From Terriglobia bacterium (GTDB lineage Bacteria; Acidobacteriota; Terriglobia; Bryobacterales; Bryobacteraceae), in contig JAIQFE010000010.1 of the NCBI GenBank assembly GCA_020073445.1, positions 88,740 to 152,739 on the forward strand: a stretch of DNA of 64,000 nt, written 5' to 3'. This document shows, piece after piece, positions 1 to 8,574 of this stretch (positions are counted from its first letter, which is position 1; each line of letters opens with the position of its first letter). The notes beneath the pieces are model-generated. The model was not told where the DNA came from. It made no database searches and saw only the letters and a list, made by a program, of their open reading frames with translations. Made by a program: the position numbers and the translations under genes.

Positions 1-252
1 CGGTTGGCCTCATAGTCGGCTGGAGTGAGCGCCGAGCAGTAGGCTCCGGCGCCTACCAGGTACTGGTCGAAGCGATTCAGATCGTCGTAGGTGACCTTGT
101 TGGGCTGCTGGCCGAGGATGCCGCCGAGATTACCTCTCCACAGAGATCCCGCACCAATACCGACGCTGCCCACGCCAGGAACGCCGACGCGCGGCACGAC
201 CTGCGCTTGTGCGCCGAGGCAGACGACAAACAGTAGCGCGCGGGAAATCCGC
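1..252 (-). CDS. Hypothetical secreted protein, partial. N-terminus is in the window; C-terminus lies beyond the window start.
   Basis: Minus-strand reading frame starts with ATG at 252..250 and runs off the window edge. Translation begins MRISRALLFVVCLGAQAQVVPRVGVPG..., which is signal-peptide-like. It is absent from the ORF track because there is no stop inside the window. It lies 3' of two CsgG-like genes on the same strand. Confidence 0.4.
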
Positions 253-263
253 ATGGGGCCTAC

Positions 264-1235
264 TTATTTCCTGACAACATCTCCGACCACGGGAGTCGGG
301 CCGCCCGACGCGGCGAATGTTCCGGTGGAGATGCGATCGCGAACGTTGGTGATCGTGAGCTTGCCGATCGGGGTGGTCTGCACGTCCAGAACCTCGCCCG
401 TCTTGGGATCCTTGATTTCTTTGCCCTTGTGATAGATGGTGAAAGTCTGGCCTTTGGCGAGACCCGCGGCGCTTCCGGCGTTGATCGTGATGTTGGCTCC
501 GTCGACGTCCGCCACGACGGCGTCCAGGTCGTCTTCACGGCTGCCGGCGCTACCTGTCGTAGGCCCTGCCGCGATTTGTTGAGAGAGCTTGTTCACGGCG
601 TCCATGGTGGCTTCGCCGATGATCGTTTCCGCGAAGTTCGAGCTGGTCATGTTGAAGCCGCCGCCCGCGCCTACGCCGCCCGCAAACATCGCTGCGCCGA
701 AGCCCTTGCTGGTGCGCTTGGATTCGCCGCGAGCCTCGCCGCTGCCGACAACCTCGCTGGTTTCCGCGTCCACCAGGCGGTAGTCGATGACGACGACGGC
801 CTTGGCATCGGATTTCGACCCGCCGATGACGCCGCCCGCGCCGCCCACGATCGCTCCGGCTGCCCCGCCGACCTTGCGATCATCGCGGCCAAACACGACG
901 ATGTCGCCCATCAGTGTCAGATCCGCACCGCGAATCTGGCCGACGCGCGCGCCGGTCCCTTGCTTCACGCGATTGCTGGCTGCGAAATCCTGCTCCTTGG
1001 TGAGGTTCGCAACCTTGCGGCGCTCCACCACGGTGAACTTGCCATCCTGGGTAATCCGCGTGGTCAGCATGGCGGCGATGCCGGTACCGATGTTCTGCTG
1101 CGTGCCGAAGATCGCCTGGACACTGGTCATCACGGTGGAGTAATCGAAGGGCTCGATCATCAGCGCCTTCTTGGTCTGTGCTGATACCAGGGTCGCCGAC
1201 GCGGCGAGTAAGCTTACCAGAAGTTTTTTGTTCAT
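264..1235 (-). CDS. CsgG-family (curli-secretion-channel-like, COG1462) lipoprotein, paralog 1.
   Basis: 323 aa. Signal peptide MNKKLLVSLLAASATLVSAQ. Contains the conserved block VERRKVANLTKEQDFAASNRVKQGTGARVGQIRGADLTLMGDIVVFGRDD, shared almost verbatim with the next gene and resembling the CsgG LERQGL..NERK / IMVEGSIIGYE region. Confidence 0.65.
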   Translation of the reverse strand: MNKKLLVSLLAASATLVSAQTKKALMIEPFDYSTVMTSVQAIFGTQQNIGTGIAAMLTTRITQDGKFTVVERRKVANLTKEQDFAASNRVKQGTGARVGQIRGADLTLMGDIVVFGRDDRKVGGAAGAIVGGAGGVIGGSKSDAKAVVVIDYRLVDAETSEVVGSGEARGESKRTSKGFGAAMFAGGVGAGGGFNMTSSNFAETIIGEATMDAVNKLSQQIAAGPTTGSAGSREDDLDAVVADVDGANITINAGSAAGLAKGQTFTIYHKGKEIKDPKTGEVLDVQTTPIGKLTITNVRDRISTGTFAASGGPTPVVGDVVRK

Positions 1236-1247
1236 GTGAGTGGCCCT

Positions 1248-2621
1248 CTATAACTTCTTGCGCGCCATGAAACCGACCTTTGCGGGTGATCCCGTATAAG
1301 TTCCGGTTGCAACTTTATCGCGCACGCTGGTGATCGTCATCTCGCCGGTTTTCTCGGTCACCACGTCCAGGGTTTCCTTGGTCACCGGATCTTTGACTTC
1401 CCGAATGATGTTGAGGATCTCGAAGACCTCGCCGACGTTAACGCCATCGTTCGATCCAACGTTAAGCACGAGCGTCTTTCCGGAAACGTCGGCCACGCGG
1501 CCTTCCACTTCACGAACCGACTTCTTCATGTTGGTGGTCTGTTCCAGGAGAATGTCCGCGAGCTTGTTGACGCAATCCTGCGTGGCTTCGCCGATGATCG
1601 TCTGAGCGAAGTTCGAACTGGTCATGTCCACCTGAACTCCGGCCACGCCCTTGCCAATCGCGCCGCCGATGGCGCCGAGAGCGTTGCCCTTGCGGGACGA
1701 CTCGCCGCGAGCCTCGCCGGTGGCGATGATTTCGGACGTCTCTGCGTCGATCAGCCGGTAGTCGATCACGACCACGGCTTTGTCTTCATTCTTGCTGGCC
1801 GCGATGCCGCCGATCACTCCGCCGATCAGGCCGCCGCCCTTGACGCTCCTCTTCTTGTCATCCCGGCCGAAGACCACGATGTCTCCGGATAGCATTGCGT
1901 CAGCGCCAGAGATCTGGCCCACGCGGGCTCCGGTGCCTTGTTTGACCCGGTTGCTCGCGTTAAAGTCCTGCTCCTTGGTCAGCGTGTTGATCTTGGCGCG
2001 CTCGACGATGACTACCTTATTCGCCTGTGCCAGCCGCGTAACCAGCATGGCGCGAATGCCTTTGCCGATGTCCTGCTGGGTGTTGAACACCGATTGCACC
2101 GCGGTCTTCACCGTGGAGTAGTCAAATTCGTCGACAATCACGCGCTTCTTCTGCGCTTGCGTAGTGGGCCCGGAAGCGGCCGGAGCGGCGGCAGCACTCG
2201 CTACGGGTTCAGGAGCAGGTGCGGGAGCTGGCGCGGGCGCCGGAGCGGCGGCCGCAGTGGGAGCCGGAGCCGGCGCGGGAGCAGCGGCTGCAGCTGGAGC
2301 GCTGCCCGGATCGAGCATCACGCTGATAATGTTTTCCGATACGCCGTTATTCTTGAGCTTCACCATGTCAGCGGTGGTCAGATCGAACGGCTTGTTCTCG
2401 CGCTGCAGCCCCCGAATGATCAGGCTCTCCGAGAGTCCGGCTTTGACCGACTCGATTACCGAATCGACCCGAGAGGGGGCGGCTTTCGTCGCGGCTTTCG
2501 CCGGCGCGGCTTTGGGCGCCGCTTTGGAGGCCGGTGCGGGCGCCGGGGTCTGGCCCACGGTAATCCCGACGGCAAAGCCGGCCAACACTACGAGTCCGAG
2601 CGTGAACGTCTTGAGTTTCAT
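1248..2621 (-). CDS. CsgG-family lipoprotein, paralog 2, with an extra N-terminal domain and Ala/Pro-rich linkers.
   Basis: 457 aa. Signal peptide, then a PAPAPA linker, then a roughly 60-aa module (DSVIESVKAGLSESLIIRGLQRENKPFDLTTADMVKLKNNGVSENIISVM), then a second AAPAPAPAPAP linker. The CsgG-like core is highly similar to 264..1235. A 12-nt spacer separates the two genes, suggesting one operon. Confidence 0.65.
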   Translation of the reverse strand: MKLKTFTLGLVVLAGFAVGITVGQTPAPAPASKAAPKAAPAKAATKAAPSRVDSVIESVKAGLSESLIIRGLQRENKPFDLTTADMVKLKNNGVSENIISVMLDPGSAPAAAAAPAPAPAPTAAAAPAPAPAPAPAPEPVASAAAAPAASGPTTQAQKKRVIVDEFDYSTVKTAVQSVFNTQQDIGKGIRAMLVTRLAQANKVVIVERAKINTLTKEQDFNASNRVKQGTGARVGQISGADAMLSGDIVVFGRDDKKRSVKGGGLIGGVIGGIAASKNEDKAVVVIDYRLIDAETSEIIATGEARGESSRKGNALGAIGGAIGKGVAGVQVDMTSSNFAQTIIGEATQDCVNKLADILLEQTTNMKKSVREVEGRVADVSGKTLVLNVGSNDGVNVGEVFEILNIIREVKDPVTKETLDVVTEKTGEMTITSVRDKVATGTYTGSPAKVGFMARKKL

Positions 2622-2855
2622 CTAGAATCCTCCTGCTTAACGAATGGGAAACTGCGCCGCGCAATCGACTCTGCCAAGCCGATCGCTATCTTCTTAAGAT
2701 CACTTAGGATGCTGTGCTTTAGTATGTCGATCCTGAAAGATCCGTGTCAAGGCCATCATCCCTGGAAACACACTGGATAGATCGGCAAGGAATGCGCGCG
2801 CCATTAATCGCGGCCGCGACGGCTAAGTAAGTGCTAAAATCGCCTCGGCGGCATC

Positions 2856-3863
2856 GTGAGCATGTGGCGAAACATCGCGCTTTTGCTGGGCATTTCCCTG
2901 ATCGCCGGGGGACACGCCTGGGCGCAAGTCGTTACGCCGCGCGTGAAGCCGCCTAAGAAGGAAAAAGAGCCGGAGACCCAGACGTTACCGCTTCCACCCG
3001 AGCCTCCATCGGCGGTGATTGCGGAGACAGGCAAATTGGCGTTTCACGTCTCGCCGCTCTCGGCCAAGGGTCTGCTGACCCAGCAGGTGCACGATGCGCT
3101 CAAGGCGCTCGATCGGGCCAGCGGGGGTGCGACATTCGTGAAGCTGCGCGCGTTTGTCGCGGGCACCGGGGACATGCGCCGCGTGGCGACCATCGTGGCC
3201 GAGGATTTCTCGGATAAGAAAATGCCTCTGCCTGCGGTGACGACGATCCAGGTCGGCGCGCTTCCCATGGATGGCGCACAGGTGGTGATCGAGAGTATCA
3301 ATGCCGAGAAGAAGGTGGTGAATCCCAACGGCCTGGCGTTCTTTTCGGCCCAGCACGTCCCGGAGTTGGCGGCGGCGGCTAAGGCACAAGACGCGGTCAT
3401 GGTGCAGGTCACCTGCTTCGTGGGGGACCTCAATCAGGTGGATAGTGCGCGGGCGGCGGTAGCATCGGCGTTTCCGGGGTCAGCCGCGAACTTCGTGCAA
3501 CTCACGCGGCTGGCGGTCGAGCCGGGGACTGCGTGTGAAGGCGTAGGACGCCTCCAGAAGCCGGGAAACAGTCCGGCCAAGCTGGTGTTCACCGCCACCC
3601 AGATGGCGTTTGGGGATCAGGAGCAGGCCCTTCGGCTGGCTTACGGCCGTCTCGGACGGGCGCTCCAATCCATGAAAGCCTCTTACGCCGATGCGCTGGT
3701 GATGAGCGTTTATTCATTAGGCCGGCCAATGCCCGACAAAGCCGCGGCGCTGGCCCCCGAGTTCCTGGGTGGCGCCCACCCCACAGGCTCGACGCAAATC
3801 GTGGAAGGGCTACCCTCCTTGGACGCCACCGTCGCGATCGAGCTGATTGCCGCAGGCCCTTGA
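2856..3863 (+). CDS. Secreted protein with two tandem RidA/YjgF/TdcF-like (endoribonuclease L-PSP family) domains.
   Basis: 335 aa with an N-terminal signal peptide. Both halves show the RidA pattern: domain 1 is GATFVKLRAFVAGTGDMRRVATIVAEDF...PAVTTIQVGALPMDGAQVVIESI; domain 2 is AVMVQVTCFVGDLNQVDSARAAVASAF...FVQLTRLAVEPG. Confidence 0.5.
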   Translation: MSMWRNIALLLGISLIAGGHAWAQVVTPRVKPPKKEKEPETQTLPLPPEPPSAVIAETGKLAFHVSPLSAKGLLTQQVHDALKALDRASGGATFVKLRAFVAGTGDMRRVATIVAEDFSDKKMPLPAVTTIQVGALPMDGAQVVIESINAEKKVVNPNGLAFFSAQHVPELAAAAKAQDAVMVQVTCFVGDLNQVDSARAAVASAFPGSAANFVQLTRLAVEPGTACEGVGRLQKPGNSPAKLVFTATQMAFGDQEQALRLAYGRLGRALQSMKASYADALVMSVYSLGRPMPDKAAALAPEFLGGAHPTGSTQIVEGLPSLDATVAIELIAAGP

Positions 3864-3982
3864 CACCGCATCTCGTAACTGTTACTTTCTATTGAGATTT
3901 GCGGGTCAGACCGATTACCTCAACGGATGTACGCCGCAGCCGAATCCCGCGCCTCGGGGTCCGGTAGGATCTGGAGTCAGAC

Positions 3983-4483
3983 ATGGCTTATACGATAAAA
4001 GTGAACGGGCAGTCCAAGACTGTAGATGTGCCCGCGGATACGCCCCTACTGTGGGTGCTCCGAGACGTTCTTGACATGAAAGGCACCAAGTTCGGCTGCG
4101 GAGCCGGGCTTTGCGGTGCCTGCACGGTCCACGTGAACGGCAAAGCAGTCCGGTCTTGCCAGACACAAGTGGGCACCGTGAAAGATCCGGTGACGACGAT
4201 CGAAGGGTTGTCGGTAGACGGAACGCATCCAGTGCAGAAAGCCTGGATGGAAGTCGACGTCCCGCAGTGCGGGTATTGCCAGGCTGGCCAGATGATGACC
4301 GCATCGGCGCTGCTCGCGACCAAACCTCAGCCTACCGACAAGGACATTGACTCCGCTATGTACGGCAATCTTTGCCGCTGCGGAACGTATCTCAGAATTC
4401 GCCAGGCGATCCACAGGGCGGCTCAGCTAGCGTCCTCGCGGCCGGCGACCTCTGGCGGCGGCGCTGGAAGGGCAAGGGAGTAA
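3983..4483 (+). CDS. (2Fe-2S)-binding small subunit of a molybdenum hydroxylase (isoquinoline 1-oxidoreductase alpha / aldehyde oxidoreductase small-subunit type).
   Basis: 166 aa. Plant-type ferredoxin motif [12 protein letters not shown] and a second cluster motif [10 protein letters not shown]...CRCGTY. Lies immediately upstream of the Moco large subunit. Confidence 0.85.
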   Translation: MAYTIKVNGQSKTVDVPADTPLLWVLRDVLDMKGTKFGCGAGLCGACTVHVNGKAVRSCQTQVGTVKDPVTTIEGLSVDGTHPVQKAWMEVDVPQCGYCQAGQMMTASALLATKPQPTDKDIDSAMYGNLCRCGTYLRIRQAIHRAAQLASSRPATSGGGAGRARE

Positions 4484-4495
4484 GGGAGAACGATC

Positions 4496-6823
4496 ATGAA
4501 AAAGAAAAACACCGTGAAGAATATCGATCGTCGCTCCTTTTTGACCGTGGCAGCCACCGGAACGGGTGGCGTGCTGTTTGGACTGGTATTTAAGGCGGAT
4601 GCCCAGCAGGGCGCTGCCAAAGGCGCTCCTCCGGCCGGAGGCCGTGGCGGCGCGGGTGGCTTCGGAGGCCCGGGTGCCGCGCTGAAGCCTGCCGACTTCA
4701 TCACCGTCAACTCCGACAACAGCGTCACCATCGTCGCGAAGAACCCCGAAGTAGGCCAGGGCGTTCGCTCGTTGTTGCCGATGCTGATCGCCGAAGAACT
4801 CGACGTCGATTGGAAGGACGTTAAAGTCGTCCAGGCCGATCAGGATCAGGCTAAGTACGGCGGCCAGATCGCGGGCGGCAGCACGGCGACCCCAACCAAC
4901 TGGGTTCCGATGCGGCAGCTCGGCGCGCAGGCGCGGATGATGTTCGTCAACGCCGCGGCGCAGACCTGGAATGTTCCCGCAGCCGATCTGACTACCGGTT
5001 CCGGCAAAGTGATGCACAAGGCATCTAACCGGACCATCACCTACGGCGAACTGGCTTCGAAAGTGGCCAGCATGACGCCTCCGGATGCCGCGTCGATCAA
5101 GTACAAGGATCCGAAAGACTACAAGATCATCGGGACGACGGTTCCCAGCCCCGATCTTCCCAAGATCATCACCGGCAAGCCGGTTTTTGGCATCGACCAG
5201 ACTGTTCCTGGCATGCTGTACGCCGTGTACGAGAAGTGCGGCGTGTTCGGCGGCAAGGTTAAGACGCATAATCTCGACATGATCAAGACGCTGCCGGGCA
5301 TCAAGGCTGCGTTCGTGGTTGACCGGCCGGACATCACCGCCGCGGTACTACCCGGCGATCCGGGTCTTGAGAGCGGAATCGCGATCGTCGCGGAATCGTG
5401 GTACCAGGCGAATTCGGCTCGCAAGAAGCTGCAAGTCACCTGGGACGAAGGCACTCGCGCGACTGCGGATCACAGCAGCACCGCGTACGCCGCGAAAGCG
5501 CAAACCATCGGCATGGGCGAGCCCATGAGCACCACGCGCAAGGACGGTGATCCGGAAGGCGCCATCAAGACTGCGGCCAAGAAAGTGGAAGCGAACTATA
5601 CGTATCCGTTTATTTCGCACGCACCGCTCGAACCGCAGAACTGCACGGCGCATTATAAGGACGGCAAGCTGGAGCTGTGGACCAGCAGCCAGATTCCGAC
5701 GGGCGCCCGTGGGTTGGCTGCCACGGCTTGCGGCATCGATCAGAGTGCCATCACGCTGCACATGGTCCGCGGCGGCGGCGGCTTCGGCCGGCGCTTGACC
5801 AACGATTACGCGGCGGAAGCGGCGTACATCTCCAAGGAAGTCGGAGCTCCGGTAAAGCTGCTCTGGACCCGCGAAGACGATATGAAGCACGACTATTATC
5901 GTCCCGGCGGGTACCAGTTCCTTTCGGCCGGTCTCGACGCGTCGGGCAAGGTAGTCGCGTGGCGGAATCACTTCGTCACCTACGGCGCCAAGAACGACGG
6001 CCAGGGCAAGGGTCCCGCGATCCAGTCCGTCAGCGCGGGCGGCATCGGCGCGACCGAGTTCCCGCAACCGTTCATCGAGAACTTCGCGCTGTACACTTCG
6101 GCTCAGCCGCTGGCGATCCGCACGGGTTCGCTGCGCGCTCCGACGAGCAACGCGATGGCGTTCGTCACGCAGAGCTTCATCGACGAGCTGGCGCATGCCG
6201 CCGGCAAGGATCCGGTGCAGTTCCGCCGCGATCTGTTGTCGCAGACCAAGCCCGCTCCTCCTCCTGCACCTGGCGGATTCGGTGGCGGTAACGCGTTCAA
6301 CGCGTCCCGTATGCGTGGCGTCCTTGACCTGGTCGCCGAGAAGTCGGGCTGGGGCAAGAAGACGCTTCCCAAGGGCACCGCGATGGGCGTGGGTTTCCAC
6401 TTCAGCCATAGCGGTTACTTCGCGGAAGTCGCCGAAGTCACCGTTAGCGGCAACAAGAAGGTGAAGGTGAACAAGGTGTGGGTCGCCGCCGACATCGGCA
6501 GCACCATCATCAATCCCGGTCAGGCGATGAACATGGCGCAGGGCGCCATCATCGATGGCATGGGCGCGATGATGGAGCAGGAGATTACGGTGGATCACGG
6601 CCACGTGGTGCAATCGAACTTCGATACGCATCCGCTGCTCCGGATTACCGCGGCTCCGGCCGACATCGAAGTGCACTACGTCCTGTCGAACAATCCTCCG
6701 ACTGGTATGGGCGAACCGTCCATGCCCCCGATTCTGCCGGCAATCGCGAATGCGATCTTCTCGGCAACGGGCGATCGCGTCCGGTCGCTGCCTTTCAAGA
6801 AGGCGGGCTATAGCTGGGCGTAA
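4496..6823 (+). CDS. Molybdopterin-dependent oxidoreductase large subunit (IorB-like, xanthine dehydrogenase family) with a Tat signal.
   Basis: 775 aa. Twin-arginine leader NIDRRSFLTVAATGTGGVLFG. Size and composition are typical of the aldehyde oxidase / xanthine dehydrogenase Moco-binding fold. The start is 13 nt after the 2Fe-2S subunit stop, so the two are probably co-transcribed. Confidence 0.8.
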   Translation: MKKKNTVKNIDRRSFLTVAATGTGGVLFGLVFKADAQQGAAKGAPPAGGRGGAGGFGGPGAALKPADFITVNSDNSVTIVAKNPEVGQGVRSLLPMLIAEELDVDWKDVKVVQADQDQAKYGGQIAGGSTATPTNWVPMRQLGAQARMMFVNAAAQTWNVPAADLTTGSGKVMHKASNRTITYGELASKVASMTPPDAASIKYKDPKDYKIIGTTVPSPDLPKIITGKPVFGIDQTVPGMLYAVYEKCGVFGGKVKTHNLDMIKTLPGIKAAFVVDRPDITAAVLPGDPGLESGIAIVAESWYQANSARKKLQVTWDEGTRATADHSSTAYAAKAQTIGMGEPMSTTRKDGDPEGAIKTAAKKVEANYTYPFISHAPLEPQNCTAHYKDGKLELWTSSQIPTGARGLAATACGIDQSAITLHMVRGGGGFGRRLTNDYAAEAAYISKEVGAPVKLLWTREDDMKHDYYRPGGYQFLSAGLDASGKVVAWRNHFVTYGAKNDGQGKGPAIQSVSAGGIGATEFPQPFIENFALYTSAQPLAIRTGSLRAPTSNAMAFVTQSFIDELAHAAGKDPVQFRRDLLSQTKPAPPPAPGGFGGGNAFNASRMRGVLDLVAEKSGWGKKTLPKGTAMGVGFHFSHSGYFAEVAEVTVSGNKKVKVNKVWVAADIGSTIINPGQAMNMAQGAIIDGMGAMMEQEITVDHGHVVQSNFDTHPLLRITAAPADIEVHYVLSNNPPTGMGEPSMPPILPAIANAIFSATGDRVRSLPFKKAGYSWA

Positions 6824-6877
6824 TTCCTAGTGAGCTGTAACATGAAGAGGGGGTGCGCAAGCGCCCCCTTTTTCTTT

Positions 6878-8026
6878 ATGAGACTCCGGATTCTATCTCT
6901 CGCGCTGCTGGTCCTCGCGGCAGCTTCCGCAGTTTTCGCCGAGACCGACACCGTCAGCGTGGCTTCTCCGGACGGGCAGCTGGTGTTGCGGCTGTTTGTC
7001 GTGTCGCCGAAGGACGCCATCCTGGTGCGGCTGGCTTACTCGGTGACCTTTCACGGGAAGCTGCTGATGGATACCTCCCTGCTCGGGATCGCGATCCACG
7101 ACCAGGAAGTGTTTCTCGGAGAGACCGTGGGGTTGGTCAGTGCGACCCCGGCATCCGTGAACCAGCCTGGCAACCGCTACAATTCCCTCATCGCGCAATA
7201 TATTCAGAATGGTTCGTTGGGACGCCGCATCACGATCGAAGCGCGCGCATACGACGACGGCATCGCCTTCCGCTATTACATCCCGCGCACCAGTACTGTG
7301 GAGGACTTGCAGATCGAAGAAGAGCTGACCGATTTCCATTTCGCTCAGGATGGAGATGCGTACACGGCGGTCGCTCCCGATTACCAGTCGAAAAAAGGCG
7401 ACTACGGCAAAACGAAAATGAGCCGCATCGAGCGAAGCTCCCTTCTCGCGCTGCCCCTTCTGGTCGAACAGCCCGGAGTGGGCTGGGTGGCAATCACCGA
7501 GGCACAAATCGACAACTTCCCCGGGATGTACGTGTTCCATCCCGAGGGCACCACGATGCGCACGACGCTCACGCCGCGCTTCGATGACGCGGCTCTGACG
7601 ATGCATGGAGTCTCGCCGGCGGAGACTCCCTGGCGGGTCCTGATGGTCGCAACCGAGCCTCGCAAGCTGCTTGATTCCGACATCGTCAAGAATCTGAACC
7701 CGGCCTCCGCGATCGCCGATACGTCCTGGATCAAGCCGGTGAAGGATTACGTTCCCATCACATACTCGGCCGATCTGGCGGACCACCTGCCGGAGGAGCT
7801 CACGAGAGCCCAAAAATCGGGTGCGGCTGGTGTGACGATCGACCTCATGCATCGCTCCGACCAGCAGATGATCGCACTCTACCGTCGCGCGGCCAAGGCT
7901 GCAGCCGAGCATCACCTGATGATCGAGTTTCTGAACGGTCCGACCCCGGATGGGATCGAGCGAACCTGGCCCAACGTGGTCGCGCGCGAGGACACGCAGT
8001 TCAAGCGCCTGCTCGGGAGTTTCTAG
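6878..8026 (+). CDS. Glycoside hydrolase family 97-like protein, apparently truncated: N-terminal domain plus a fragment of the catalytic domain. Probably a gene remnant.
   Basis: Start chosen at MRLRILSLALLVLAAASAVFA (signal peptide); the track ORF begins 6830. The N-terminal domain matches the GH97 pattern (...GWVAITEAQIDNFPGMYVFHP..., ...TPWRVLMV...ADTSWIKP). The C-terminal stretch VTIDLMHRSDQQMIALYRRAAKAAAEHHLMIEFLNGPTPDGIERTWPNV resembles the SusB catalytic-domain block (KIDFMDRDDQEMV...YHLMVDFHG..KPTGL.RTYPN). The protein is only about 383 aa against about 650-740 for intact GH97, so most of the TIM barrel and the whole C-domain are missing. Confidence 0.5.
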   Translation: MRLRILSLALLVLAAASAVFAETDTVSVASPDGQLVLRLFVVSPKDAILVRLAYSVTFHGKLLMDTSLLGIAIHDQEVFLGETVGLVSATPASVNQPGNRYNSLIAQYIQNGSLGRRITIEARAYDDGIAFRYYIPRTSTVEDLQIEEELTDFHFAQDGDAYTAVAPDYQSKKGDYGKTKMSRIERSSLLALPLLVEQPGVGWVAITEAQIDNFPGMYVFHPEGTTMRTTLTPRFDDAALTMHGVSPAETPWRVLMVATEPRKLLDSDIVKNLNPASAIADTSWIKPVKDYVPITYSADLADHLPEELTRAQKSGAAGVTIDLMHRSDQQMIALYRRAAKAAAEHHLMIEFLNGPTPDGIERTWPNVVAREDTQFKRLLGSF

Positions 8027-8030
8027 AGCG

Positions 8031-8549
8031 CTATTCGTCTAGTGCAGCGAAGATTTCCGAGAGGGGCACGGTCAGGGTCGGGTTTTCCGTTTGGAGAATC
8101 CCATTCTTGGCCTCATGGACGCCCTCTTTGGTATGTACCCAGGCGCGTCGCGTGGCCGGATCGATTACCCAAATGTACTGTACTCCGAATTTCAGATAAT
8201 CGTCGATGCGTTGTTGAAACTTGGTCGTCCGGTCCTCCGGGGAAAGCACCTCGATGCATATGAAGGGAGGCGTGCGAAAGATCTGATCTTTAGGCCCTTC
8301 TCCCACATAGACGCAGACATCCGGAATCCGGAACCGTGTGGGCGAGACCTGGACTCGCTGCTCGGGATAGACAAGGACTTTCCATTCTTTCTTCCGTGAT
8401 CGGAAGTAGTAAAGGAATTCGCCCTGAAGTGTGCTGTGATCTCGTGCGCCCAAATTGCGCTCCTGGACCTCGCCATCCACGTAGTCGCAATCCGGGCTAT
8501 ACGCGGTGCGCAGATACTCGGCGACGGAAATCAGCGCTGCGGACTTCAC
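8031..8549 (-). CDS. Uma2-family (DUF820) putative restriction-endonuclease-like protein.
   Basis: 172 aa. Typical Uma2 length and pattern: ...VSPTRFRIPDVCVYVGEGPKDQIFRTPPFICIEVLSPEDRTTKFQQRIDDYLKFGVQYIWVIDP... It is convergent with the truncated GH97 gene, only 4 nt away. Confidence 0.7.
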   Translation of the reverse strand: MKSAALISVAEYLRTAYSPDCDYVDGEVQERNLGARDHSTLQGEFLYYFRSRKKEWKVLVYPEQRVQVSPTRFRIPDVCVYVGEGPKDQIFRTPPFICIEVLSPEDRTTKFQQRIDDYLKFGVQYIWVIDPATRRAWVHTKEGVHEAKNGILQTENPTLTVPLSEIFAALDE

Positions 8550-8574
8550 GATTTTAGTTTACTCCTTGCCCCAA

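Noticed and set aside
429-1184. Plus-strand ORFs (429..1184, 787..1143, 91..432) overlapping the CsgG-like genes.
   Set aside because: They are antisense to protein-like minus-strand genes. Their Arg/Ala-rich composition is typical of spurious frames in GC-rich DNA.
5348-6676. 442-aa minus-strand ORF inside the Moco large-subunit gene.
   Set aside because: Antisense to a well-supported gene. Arg/His-rich junk translation.
6893-7915. 340-aa minus-strand ORF opposite the GH97-like gene.
   Set aside because: Antisense artefact. No motifs.
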